Under the pieces are notes generated by a model, which was given only the letters and a program-made list of their open reading frames with translations, was not told where the DNA came from and ran no database searches. From NCBI RefSeq assembly GCF_009914755.1, contig NC_060944.1: DNA of 64,000 nucleotides; one strand, 5' to 3'. This document shows, one piece after another, positions 1 to 11,845 of the stretch (position 1 is its first letter; the number at the start of each line of letters is the position of its first letter). The DNA comes from the human T2T-CHM13v2.0 reference genome, Homo sapiens. A program made the position numbers and the translations under genes.

Positions 1-1061
1 TGACATGCTCTGTCTTAACCTTGCTGTTTTATGAGCCATATAGCCACATTCCAGGTTCTGAGAAGTCCAGCACTAAAGATGTTTCTTTTAGTTTGCTTAA
101 CCCAACATTTGCCAGAATAATCTGGGCTCAGTGTGAGGGTGTGTGCATGTATGTGCCTGTGTGTTCTACTAGTATCTCACTGAGGCTAGTGCTGTATACA
201 ACATAATTTTTAAAACACTGGTTTTATCCATCTTTATGTTCAGCTGCAGCAACATTTACAAAGGTCAAATTTGATCATGTGTCTTCATTACTAAAGGAAA
301 CAAAACAAACTAATGAATAAAGCCCACCTGGCAGTGGCTCCTCACTACCTGTATGACGGAGCACACCTGGCTTGGTCTGGGTGCCCTGTGCTTACCTGGC
401 CGTGCTGTCTTCTGCCTGTTGCTTTGCCTCCCCTTTCCTCCTGGAGAAGGTAGAGATGCTCTGAGCTTTGGCCCGTCTGGAACATGTGTCCTTCCCCTCA
501 TGTGGCCCATGTTTTCCTGAGTCCACTTTAATCTCGTTTAAGGATATAGAACTTTCTTTAAAGCTTTTGGTCAAGTCTCACTCTCTATGCTGTCTTCCTG
601 CTCCTTCTACAATGTACATACTTTACTGATACATTAATTATGCTATATCAGCCAAGGGTTTTACTTCTATATCATTTTATATCATTATCTTTTTTCTTAG
701 AGTTTAGTTCATTCATTTATTCAGTCTTTCCACAATATAATTGTATGTCATATAATTTCATATTTATTTTCATTGGCGTCTATATATCTTTTCTGTAAAA
801 ATGGAGGCTTTCTAAATAGATCTTCATTAATGTTGAAAGAACAAGGTTTTAAGTCTTGGTCTCAGCCAAAAGGAGTTCCCCACATTACCAGGAGGGAAAT
901 AAACACTTGCATTGTTGCATTAGATATTCTTACAGAGAAAGAGAACCATGTGTAATGGAAAATTTCTAACTTTGCCTCAGGGAGACCAGATTGATTCACT
1001 GAGAAAGTCTGAATTGGTTTAGAAGCATAGTTCGGAGTTTTCTAGAAGGACAAAAGTTAGA

Positions 1062-3345
1062 GTAGGGCATAAGAAGTAATACCCATATCAAAAAAATTAG
1101 AAATATCTCAAATTAACCACCTAACATCACAACTGAAAGAATTAGGGAAGCAAGAAGAACTCAACCACAAAGCTTATAGAAGACAAGAAATAACTAAAAT
1201 CAGAGCTGAATTGAAGGAAATTGAGACATGAAAAACTGATCAAAAGATCACTTAATCAAGGTTTTTTGAAAAAATTAATAAGATAGGGCACTAGCTAGAC
1301 TAATAAAGAAGAAAAGAGAGAAGATTCAAATAAACAAAATTAGAAATGATGAAGGGAATGTTACCACTGACCCCAGAGAAATAAAAATAACAACCAGCAA
1401 CTACTACGAGCACCTCTATACACACAAACTAGAAATCCTAGAAGAGATTAATAAATTCCTGGACACATATACTCTCTCAAGACTGAACCAGGAAGAAATT
1501 CAGTCTCTGAGCAGACCAATTATGAGCTCCAAAAATTGAATCCATAATAAATAGCCTATCAACCCCCCCAAAAAGCCCAGGACCTGATAAATTAACAAAT
1601 TTTAACAGATGTACAAAGAAGAACAAGTACCAGTCCTACTGAAACTATTTCAAGAAATAGAGGAGGAGAGACTCTTCCCCAACTTGTTCTACGAGACCAG
1701 AATCATCCTGATACCAAAGCCTGGCAGTGACACAACAAAAGAAGAAAACTTCAGGCCAGTATCCTTGATGAACATCCATTCAATAATCCACAATAAAATA
1801 CTTGCAAACTGAACCTAGCAACACATCAAAAGGCTAATTCACCATAGTGAAGTAAGCTTCTTCCCTGGAATGGAAGGTTGGTCCATCATGGGCAAATCAA
1901 TAAAATGTGATTCGTAACATAAAGAAAACTAAAGATAAGAACCACGTGATTGTCTCAATAGATGGAGAAAAGGCTTTCAGTAAAATTCAACAAAGCTTCA
2001 TGTTAAAAATTCTCAATAAATGAGGTATCAAAGGAATATACCTCAAAATAATAAAGGCCATCTATGACAAATTCACAGCCAACATTATACTAAATGGGCA
2101 AAATCTGGAAGCATCCTCCTTGAAACCCGCACAAGACAAGGATGCTCTCTCTCACCACTCCTATTCAACATAGTATTAGAAGTCCCTTCTGGAGCAATCT
2201 GACAAGAGAAAGAAATAAAGGGTATTTAAATAGAAAGAGAAGTCCAACTACCTCTGTTGGCAGACAACATAATTCTCTATCTAAACCCTATAGTTGTGAC
2301 CCAAAAACTCCTTAAGCTGATAAACAACTTCCACAAAGTTTAAGGACACAAAATCAATGTACAAAATTTGCTAGCATTCCTATACACCAAGAAAAGCCAA
2401 ACTAAGAGCCAAATCAGAGAGGCAATTTTATTCACAATTTCCATGAAAAGAATAAAGTACATACGAATACAGCTAACCAGGGAGGTGAAAAATCTCTACA
2501 ATGAAAATTACAAAACACTGCTCAAAGAAGTCAGAGAAGACACAGATAAATGAAAAATCATTCCGTGTTAATGGAGAGAAAGAATTAATATCATTTAAAT
2601 GGTTGTACTGCCCAAGGCTATTCCTATTAAACTACCAATGACATGCTTCATGGAAGTAGATAAAAGCTATTCAAAAATTCATATAGAACCAAGAAAGAAC
2701 CTAAGTAGCCAAGGCAATCCTAAGCAAAAAGAACAAAGCTTGAGGCATCACATTACCAGACTTCAAACTACACTACAGCACTATAGTAAGCAAAACAGCA
2801 TGGTACTAGTACAAAAACAGACACATACACCAGTGGAACAGAATAGAGAGGTTAGAAGTAAGACCACATACCTACAACTATCTAATCTTTGACAAAGCTG
2901 GCAAAAACTAGCAATGGGGAAAAGATTCCCTATTCAATAAATGGTGCTGGGATAACTGGCTAGCCATATACAGAAGAGTGAAGTTGGACTTCTTCCTTAT
3001 ACCATGCACAAAAATCACTCAAATGGATTAAATACTTAAATGTAAAACCCAAAACTATAAAAGCCCTGGAAGATAACATAGACAATACCATCCTGGACAT
3101 AGAAAGAGGCAAAGATTTCATGATAAAGACATCAAAAACAACAAACACAACTATTGACAAGTGGGATCTAATTAAACTTAAAAACTTCTGCTCAGCAAAA
3201 GAAATAATCAATAGAGTGAACAGACAACATATAGAATGAGGAAAAAATATTTACAAACTAAGTATCTGACAAAGATCTAATATTCAATATAAGGAACTTA
3301 AATTTACAAGAGAAAAACAAAAAACCCTATTAAAAAGTGGCCAAA
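1062..3345 (+). mobile_element. LINE-1 ORF2 fragment (older L1PA/L1PB type), degenerate
   Basis: ORF fragments resemble L1 ORF2p ([19 protein letters not shown]..., ...[12 protein letters not shown]); many stops and frameshifts; truncated at both ends. Confidence 0.9.
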
Positions 3346-5215
3346 GCCCTGACTTCTGAATGGCACTTCTGGACCCAGCCAGGGACTGAGGGATCTCACT
3401 GCCCTAAAGGAAAGAACACAGGCCTGTCTGGCTTTGCCAACTGCTAATTGTAGAGACCAAAAGCCTTGAGTGAGCATAGGCAGTCGTCAGAAAGTGCATG
3501 CAGCAGGACTTGAGCAAGACCCGTGCTGTGCTAGCTTCAGGTCTGATCCAGGGCATCATAGTGGTGGTGGCCAGTGGTGCTTGTGTCTTTCTTCTCCAAG
3601 CTTTAGGTGGCTTAGAACAGAGAGAAAGACTCTGTATCTTTGAGAGAAAATAAGGGTAGGGAAAAAGAGTCTCTGGCTAGTAATCCAGAAAATTCTCCTG
3701 TATCTTGTTGAAGGCTGTCAGGGTGGTACTTCTCTGAGTCTGGAAGAATTACAGCATTATTGGGTATAAGGTGCCCCATAAAGCAGATATGGCTTAGATC
3801 ACAACACCCAACTCTTTTCAAATATGTGAAAAGCCTTCCCAAGAAAGACAGCTACATATAAGCTCAGACAATGAAGACTACAATACTCACCTTTTCTCTC
3901 TTTAAATTTTATTTTTTAAACCTCTCATATGGTGCTGCATGCCCAAGATTTTAATGTCCAGACACTGAAGAACATCTACTAGCATCAACACTGTCCAGGA
4001 AAACATGACCTCACCAAGTGAACTAAATAAGGTACCAGGGACAAATCCTGGAGAAAAAGAGATATGTGATGTTTCAGACAGAGAATTCAAAATAGCTGTA
4101 TTTAAAAAAAAAAAAAACTGAAAGAAATTTAAGATAACAAAGTAAATAAATTCCAAATTTTATCAGCTAAACTCAACAAAGAGATTGAAATAGTTACAGC
4201 AAATAAAGCTGAAATTCTGAGCTGAAAAATGCAATTGGCATGCTGAAAAATGCATTAAACCATGTAACAGAAGAATGGATCAAGCAGAAGAAATAGTGAG
4301 CTTGAAGACAGGCTCTTTGAAAATACATTGAAGAGACAAAAGAAAAAGAATAAAAACAACAAATCATGCCTACAGGATCTAGAAAATAGCCTCACAAAGA
4401 CAGATCTAAGAGTTATTTGTTTTAAAGAAGATATAGAGAAAGAGGCAGGGGAGGATCTAGAAAATAGCCTCACAAAGACAGATCTAAGAGTTATTGGTTT
4501 TAAAGAAGATGTAGAGAAAGAGGCAGGGGTAGAAAAATTCATTCAAAGGGATAATAACACAGAACTTTCCAAACCTAGAGAAAGATATCCATATCCACCT
4601 ACAAAAATGTTATAGAATATTAAGCAGATTTAACCCAAAAAAGACTACTTCAAAGCTTTCAATAGATCTTCCAAAAGTCAAAGATAAAGAAAAGTTCTAA
4701 ACGAAGAAAGAGAAAAGGAACAAATAACATACTGCGGAGCTCCAACACGTCTGGCAGCAGACTTTACAGTGGAAACTCTACTGGCCAGGAGAGAGAAGCA
4801 ATAAATATTTAAAGTATTAAAGGAAAAAAAGTTTTACCTTAGAATAGAATATACAGTGAAAATTTTCTTCAAATAAAAAGAAGAAATACTGACTTTTTCA
4901 GACAAACAAAAGCTGAAGTATTTTATGAATACCATACCTGTCCTAAAGGAATGCTAAAGGGAGTACTTCAATCAGGAAGAAAAGGACATTAACGAGCAAT
5001 AAATGATCACCTAAAGGTAAAAAAAAAAATCCTCACTGCTAATAGGATACAAAACAAAACAGAATATTATAACGCTATAGCTGTGTAGTGTGCAAACTAC
5101 TCTTATTCAAAGTAGGAACACTAAATAATATCCAATCAAAAGTAATAACTACAACATTTCAAGACATAGCACAATAAAATATAAATAGAAACAAAAAGTT
5201 ACAAAGTTAAGGGAT
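3346..5215 (+). mobile_element. Old LINE-1 5'UTR/ORF1 fragment
   Basis: A-rich ORF1-like sequence (aaacatgacctcacc..., agagaattcaaaatagctg, LQDLENSLTKTDLRVIG-like peptide). Confidence 0.75.
4374..4529 (+). repeat. 78-bp direct tandem duplication inside L1 ORF1
   Basis: aggatctagaaaatagcctcacaaagacagatctaagag... starts at 4374 and again at 4452. Confidence 0.95.
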
Positions 5216-5492
5216 GAGCACGACCAGTCCTGAGCCAGCCGATGTGGTGGAAGCTCCAGAGCTCGGGAGCTCGCGGAAGGACTGGAGCGTGGGCTGAAAG
5301 GAGGCCACTTTGGTCCTGCGCTAGGTCTGGCCGCCGCTGACGGCGGGACGCTCTGGGAGGCCGGCGGTGCTCGGGTGTAGAGGGAGACAGCTGCCTGGGG
5401 GCACCGGCGACAGCCTCTGGGGGTCCCGGATCCGAGACCAGCGGCCCCGGGGTGGCGGTGATGCCTGGAGTCGTGCGCGCGTTGCTGGGCCG

Positions 5493-5504
5493 GGCTCTTG
5501 GGGC
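5493..5504 (+). promoter_or_regulatory. 5S rDNA upstream D-box (GGCTCTTGGGGC)
   Basis: Exact 12-mer at -32..-21 relative to the 5S start at 5525, the position described for mammalian 5S genes. Confidence 0.85.
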
Positions 5505-5524
5505 AGCCAGGCTCCGCTGCTGGC

Positions 5525-5645
5525 GTCTAGGCCACACCACCCTGAACGCGCCCGCTCGCCTCTGATCTGTTGAAGCTAAGCAGAGTGGGGCCTGGTTAGT
5601 ATTTGGATGGGATTCCACCTGGTAATACCCGGTACCATAGGCTTT
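5525..5645 (+). pseudogene. 5S rRNA pseudogene (RNA5SP-type), full length, with its native spacer
   Basis: gtctaggccacaccaccctgaacgcgcccg...gaagctaagcag...ggcctggttagtatttggatggga...taggcttt aligns end to end with 5S rRNA, with many substitutions; TTTT at 5643-5646. Confidence 0.95.
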
Positions 5646-6680
5646 TGGCTTCCCGCTCTCTCCCTCTTTCCCCCTTTTGCCTCCGTGCTTCCCAACCGCC
5701 CCCGCGACTCTGCTCCCCCTTGACCGCCCCCGCGCCCCAGCCGAAGCCCAGGACCTCCTCCTGAAGATCCGCCACTGCAGCACCGCCAGGCAGCAGCATC
5801 CTACCTCTTCCGACTCGCGGCAGCCCCACCAGGAGCCTGGCTCCAACCCGGGCAGGACGGGACAGACCCCGAGGGCGCAGGCACGGGTTCCCTGAGGTCC
5901 CGGGTGTCTTCACACTCCCCGGACTCCCAGGCAATTCTATTCATTCATCCAGAGACACTGCAACCGTCCAAGCCGGGGGAAGGGGCGGGCAGGGGCAGCG
6001 GGTCCCACATACCCCAGCCAAGACCTCCGCTCCAGAACCCGTGGGCTGCTTTCCCCAGGGGAAGGAGATTGTCTTCGCCAGCCACGAGGAAATCCGTCCC
6101 TGTGCACCCGGTTTCCCAATACCACCGACTTCGTGTGAACTCCAGTCCTGAGGAGAGGAGAGAGACCCAGGCCTCGCCCCGTGGACAAGCTTGGCACCAC
6201 GGCTCCCTCCAGACAAAGGAGAACACTCTACAAATCTCGGAGCCCAGGGCAACAAGGAGACAGAAAGAAGCAAACAAAGGAAGGACCTTATGAAATGCAC
6301 CCACAAAGCAACCAACCAATTCAAGAAAATAAAACACGTCTTAGGGCTCCGTTGGTTTTCCCGGGTGGGGAGCCCTGACTCCCTGTTCTAGCCCGGCCCA
6401 AGCACCCTCCACCCCACCCCTGCCTGCGGAAAGGTGCCCTGTCTACCTGAGCAGAGCCTCCCTCTCCAAGGCTCTGTTGCTGTCACTCTACCACTCCCTC
6501 ACCCTCTCCCTTTCTCTACTTCCCCCTCCACCTCGCGCTCTACTGTGGAGCTCTCTCTTCCCCCTTCTCTGTCTCTCCTCCCCCCTTCTCTGTCTCTCCT
6601 CCCCCCTTCTCTGTCTCTCAATCGCTGTATCTCTCTCTCCTGGTTCTATTTCTCCATCGCTCTCTCCCTTGCTCTCCTTC

Positions 6681-7140
6681 TGTAGCAGGAGGAGCTGCAG
6701 ACAGAACCCCTCAGACAACGAGTTGTAGAAGGAGGGGCTTTATTCAGCTGGGAGCATCGGCAGACTCACTTCTCCAAAAACCTAGCTCTCTGAATGAGCA
6801 ATTCCTGTCCCTCTTAAGGGCTTACAACTCTAAGGGGGTCCACGTGAGAGGTTCGTGATGGATTGAGGAAGCAGAGGGTACGTGACTGGGGGCTGCATGC
6901 ACCGGTAATTAGATCAGAACAAAACTGGACAGGGATTTTCACAGTGCTTTTCTATACAATGTCTGTAATCTATAGATAACATAACCGAGTAGGTCAGGGG
7001 TCAATCTTTAACTAGCAGGCCCAGGGTGTGGCGCAGGGCTGTCTGCCTGTGGATTTCATTTTTGCCTTTTAGATTTTACTTCTTCTTTCTTTGGAGGCAG
7101 AAATTGGCCATAAGACAATATGAGGGGTGGTCTCCCTTCA
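6681..7140 (-). mobile_element. LTR2 (HERV-E/Harlequin) solo LTR
   Basis: Minus strand reads ...gagaccacccctcatattgtcttatggccaatttctgcctccaaagaaagaagaag... and ends ...ctcctgctaca; absent from the equivalent site in unit 2 (~8490). Confidence 0.85.
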
Positions 7141-7989
7141 AGCTATCTGTGTCTGTGTCTTTGTGTGTCCGTGTGTGTGTGCCCGGGTGTGGTGTGTCTG
7201 TGTCCGTGTGTGTGTGTGTCTGCGCGCGTGCACCCGTGTGTATCCGTGTGTGTGTCAGGGTGGGTTTGCTCGTGGTAGTGGTGGGGTGTGTCTGGGTGTC
7301 CGTCAGCCCCTCTTTCCCGGGATGAGGCTGCCGGGGCTCTAGTGCTGGCGAGGGGCAAAGCAGAGCCTTCCTGCCCCATTGGCCATGGCAGGTCCTTTTC
7401 GGAACAATCGACGATTGTGTAGGCGTTGTAAGAAACATGGCCTGCGGGGCTGGGCCGGCTGTTCGCCCCGGTCAGCCCAGGTGGCTCTGGGTGTGTGGGG
7501 CAAGAGGGGTCCTTGCAGGAGGGGCAGCAAGGAATCCAAAATAATTGTTCCACGGCAAGGCGGAGGACCGGAGGGTACCCCAGGACAGTGGGCCCTGGGC
7601 CCTGATGCCTCGGAGCACACCCCTTCCTGAGCGGGCCCCAGGTGTTGGAAGCTCTGGAGCTGGAGAGCCGGGGGAAGGCCTGGAGTGTCAGCGAGAGGGT
7701 GGCCGCCTGGAGAGTCCAGAGCCCTGGCAGTGGATGGAGGCCTCTGGCGCCTTGGCGGTCTCGCACGTGGTCTGGCCGCCGGCGACAGCGGGATGCTCTG
7801 GGAGGTCAGCGGAAAGAGCAGCGCGGCGACTGGTGGTGCTTGGGCGTAGAGGGGGAGAGCAGTCCGGCCAGGGGAAAGTGGCTCTAGGGTGCCTGATCCC
7901 AGCCTTGTGGCCCCGGGTTTTGATGACGCCTGGAATCAGGCGGGCGTAGCTGGACTGGACTCTTGGGCCAGCCAGGCGCCACTGCCATT

Positions 7990-8008
7990 GTCTAGGGCCA
8001 CACCACCC
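7990..8008 (+). pseudogene. 5' remnant of a second 5S gene
   Basis: gtctagggccacaccaccc preceded by a D-box variant (ggactcttgggcc, 7957-7969), then a jump to downstream spacer sequence. Confidence 0.75.
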
Positions 8009-8649
8009 GGAAAACGAGAGAGACCCAAGCCGCGAACCGTGGGCATGCTCAGCGCCACTGCTCCTGCCACAGTGAGGGGCGCACTCTACAACCTTCAGGG
8101 CCCACAGTACCAAGAGGAAAGGGAGGAGCCAACAAAGGAATGAGGCTACGAAACGCACCCCCAAAGCAACCAACCAATCCAAGTAAAAACACGTCTCAGG
8201 GCTCTGTTGGGTTTCCCGCGTGGGCGGCCCTGCCCCCCTGTTCCAGCCCGTCCCAGACACCCTCCACCCTACCCTGGCCAAAGGGGCCCCTGTCTACCAG
8301 ATAGAGCCTCCCTCTCCAAGGCTCTGTTGCTCTCCCTCTCTAGCTCCCTCACCCTTTCCCTTTCTCTACTTCCCTCTCCACCTTGCTCTCTCTCTCTCAA
8401 TCTCCCAGGTTCCTCTCTGTCTCTCTCTGGATAGCTGTTTCTCTCTCCTTCCGTTTCTATCTCTCCATCCCTCTGTCCCTTGCTCTCCTTCAAGCTGTCT
8501 GTGTCTTTCTGTGTCTGTGTGTGTGCTTGTGTTCCCGCGCGTGCGCCCATGTGTGTCTGTGTGTTTGGGAGTGGGTGTGCTAATGATTGTGGTGGGTGAG
8601 TCTGGATGTCCATCAGTACCTTAGTCCTGGGATCAGGCTGTCAACTCTA

Positions 8650-10832
8650 TTGCCAGTGCATGGGTGTCACAGTTGCCGTGATATTCTCACACACGCAGGT
8701 GTGTGGATCTCGTTCATTTTCACATAGACAACGAGAGCGAAACCACAGAGAAAAGAAAGATCCCGTGCCTCACGGCCTGACGATGGATTCCTGTTTCCTG
8801 CAAAATGGGGAGTCTCCAATATAGCCTGTTTGAAAACTTGAAAGGGGAGCACTGACACAATGCTGGTCTTCCACGCATTCCTGGAAGTTTCTGGGACCCC
8901 ACAGAGCTAGGGAAACAAACAGTCAACATGGTCACGCTTTCAGGGGGCAGAAACTTGAGCAACAGGCACCTTTGCAGAGGGTAAAGAAACGTGGAATCCA
9001 GAATCACGCTTCAGTTGGCCTAAGTGTGGCTCCTGTGTGGATGGGACTATCCGCCTCGCGCTCTGTTGCAGGGCTCAACGTGGAGATATGTCATCTGTGA
9101 ACCATGTGGATGAAAAACAGACAACCACCTGAGTCTCAGCTCATTGCTCTCTGGGGAATTCGCTCATTCCTTCGGAAACGGAATTGGTCTGAATTGCTCT
9201 GGGATGAAGTAACCCAGGCTGGCGATCCAGAGGGCCGCTGAGCGCCCCGCCAGCCAACAGGGCTGTGGGCCCAGCACTTAGCCCGCACTGGGCACCCAAC
9301 ATTTTCCCGGAGTGCTGGGTCCTGTTGGTTCTGGAGGCAGAAGACCGTTTTCCTCTCTGCCTTCCGTTCTCTGTTTCTTGCTCCTTTTGTCCCTCGGTCC
9401 ATCCTTCCCTCTGTTCTTCCTTCCCTCCCCCGGTTTTTTTCTCCCTTTCTCCCTCCCTCTTTCTCTCCCTTCCGGTGTCCCTCCTTCCACCCATCCTTTC
9501 CTAGCTCCATCCTTCCATCTCACTCTCTCCGTTCTTGTCCTCATCTCTGCCTGCCTTTCCTCTTGCCTGGAAAGGGCAGCACCTCGGTTTGCACGGGGTC
9601 TCGGGTCTACATTTAGTTGCAAGGCGCTCCATGGTGCTGGCAAGGAGGCTGACGGGAGAAGGGTTGGCAAGTGATGGTGAGCGAAGAGGCAGAGGAGTCG
9701 AGCCGCAGAAAAGAGAACTGGCCTGGCTTCTGCCCCGGCCCAGTGTTTCGCGAACTGAGGTCTCCGCCAACCTGACTGAAGAACGCGGTGGAAAAAGGGA
9801 TGAGAGCTCCGCCTGGGCTAGTTAGAAATCCTAGGCTGCTGCCTGGAAACCTGCGCATGCGCAGTAGACAGCCCACTTCCGGGTACCTGGACCGGCCCTG
9901 GGATCCCCGGGATGCTCGGGAATTCTTTATTGTCATTCTTGACAGCAGTCCTCTGTATGGAGTCTATCGCTGGACCTGGAACTCAGGGATCCTAGGCAGG
10001 TCAGCTGGAAGGGAAGACACGCCTCTCCATACCAAGCCTGAGGTTCACCGCGAAAGAGAGGCCGCCGCTCTGCCCCCAGCCCGCCCCAACCCCGCCCCAA
10101 CCTGCTCCTCCAGCAGAGTCCAGTGTTCGTTCTGGCTGAGGAGTGGTTCCAGCAAAACGGGCTCTTCCACGTCCTTCAGCTCCCCCAGTGGCGCCAGATC
10201 TAGGAAATGTTGTGCCTTTTGCTGAAACTCTGGGGTTGACAGGAGCTCATCTAACAGGCTGGAGGTGAGTGCAGACGAGCTTCCCGGCTCCTGGAGCGGT
10301 TGGGAGGCGCCTGGATGGCTGGCATCTGTGCTTGACGCGGAGGCCTCCGGAGGTGGAGGTGCCCCGTCTTTGGGTTCCCACGCCGCCCTGGCAACCTGGG
10401 GCTCCAGCACCACCACGGACTCCGGTGGGACGTGGGTGGCACAAGCACACCTTGCCCCTGTGACTCAGCTTGAGGGGGCCCAAACTGAACACGCGCCCAG
10501 CAGGCCGTCGCGCAGCAGTTTCTGGTCTTCCTGTCATTTGTTGGGGTGCGGAGGCCACCAGGGAGTCTGAGGATGGGAGAGCCCCAGTTCTGGAGGAGCC
10601 AGGGCAGGGAACACAAAGCCCCACATGTCCAGGCAGGTTGGGAGAGTCCTTCTTCCTGCGCAGCCTGGCTGGGCTGGAGCAGGGGGATGGCCCTTGCTGC
10701 CTGGCTCACGAAAGCCCCCTGTGGGAGAGCCCCAGGGGCGCAGGGCATGTGGGGTGTGGGAAGCGCAATTCCCCATGCCCTGTTGTGGGTGAACTGGATA
10801 GAGGAGGGAGGAGGGTGACACCCACCAGGGGT
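8650..10832 (-). repeat. D4Z4-like macrosatellite remnant: 3' part of one unit plus 5' part of the next
   Basis: KpnI GGTACC at 9882-9887 is followed on the minus strand by a D4Z4 unit-start-like sequence (gtgggctgtctactgcgcatgcgcaggttt); purine tract and aatgaacgagatccacacacctgcgtgtgtg block; DUX4-like coding segment. Confidence 0.88.
10045..10832 (-). pseudogene. DUX4L: DUX4-like pseudogene: C-terminal part only, no homeoboxes, frameshifted
   Basis: Peptides PCAPGALPQGAFVSQAARA, QGQGVLVPPTS and LLDELLSTPEFQQKAQ...LLEEQ match the DUX4 C-terminal half across different frames; 5' end abuts Tigger1. Confidence 0.92.
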
Positions 10833-11246
10833 GCCAATTAGTAACCACAGTGACCTCAAAGAACTCAAATGAAAGGAAGACTTGCACGTCTCTCACTTGA
10901 AGTCCAGAGCTAGAAATGATCAAGCTTAGTGAAGATGTAGAATTTTCATAGCTAGAGAGAAGTCAACACTTGGCTTCAAAACTTCAAAGGATGGGCTGAC
11001 TCTCTTTGAGGACCACTGCAGCTGGTGACTTTAAGTTACAGCCAGTGCTCATTGACCACTCTGAAAATCTCAGGGCCCTTAAGAATTATGCAAAATCTAT
11101 TCTTTCTGTGCTCTAGAAATGGAACATCACTGTCTGGGTGACAGCACAACTGTTAATAGCATAGTTTACTGAATATTTTAATCCCACTATTGAGACCTAC
11201 TGCTCAGAAAAAAAAAAAAGTGATTCCTTTAAAAAGATTGTTGCTT

Positions 11247-11567
11247 GGCCAGGCATAGTGGCTCACACCTGTAATCCCTGCACTTTGGGAGGCCGAGGAT
11301 CACCTGAGGTCAGGAGTTCAAGACCAGCCTGGCCAAAATGATGAAACCCAATCTCTAATAAAAATACAAAAAAATAGCGGGGCAGGGTGGTAATACCTGT
11401 AATTTCATCTACTCGGGAGGCTGAGGCAGAAGAATGGCTTGAACCCTGGAGGCGGCGGAGGTTGCAGTGAGCCAAGACCACACCACTGCACTCCAGCCTG
11501 GGCAACAAAAGCGAAACTACGTCAAAAAAAAAAAAAAAAAAGGAAAGGAAAGAAAAAGAAAAAGGAA
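11247..11567 (+). mobile_element. Alu inserted in Tigger1
   Basis: Dimeric Alu with A tail; TSD aaaaagattg(t/c)tgctt at 11231-11246 and 11568-11583. Confidence 0.95.
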
Positions 11568-11845
11568 AAAAAGATTGCTGCTTATTGACAATTCACCTAG
11601 CTACCCAGAAGCTTAGATGGAGATGTACTTGGAAATTAATGTTATTTTCATGGCTGCTAATACAATATTTACCTTCAGCCTGTGGATCAAGGAGTGGTTT
11701 TGACTTTCAAGTGTTTTTATTAATTAATAAATGCATTTTGTAAAGGTATAGCTATCATAGATAGTGATGTCTTTGATGAATCTGGATAAACTGAATTGAA
11801 AACCTTTTGGAAAGGATTCACCATTAATCCTTTCATGATATTTGA

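Larger units (their letters stand above)
5235..8645 (+). repeat. Decayed two-unit 5S rDNA tandem array (GC-rich spacer, CT and GT tracts)
   Basis: Unit 1 ~5235-7635 and unit 2 ~7640-8645 share colinear blocks (gtggaagctc.., ccaaagcaaccaaccaat, agagcctccctctccaaggctctgttgct, TG-rich tract). Confidence 0.85.

Noticed and set aside
391-610. Possible minus-strand exon ending in CAG|GTAAG
   Set aside because: One good donor alone is not enough; no recognisable product
5199-10225. Many overlapping 100-215-aa ORFs
   Set aside because: Expected in GC-rich 5S spacer and D4Z4 sequence; no recognisable protein similarity; many begin at non-ATG codons
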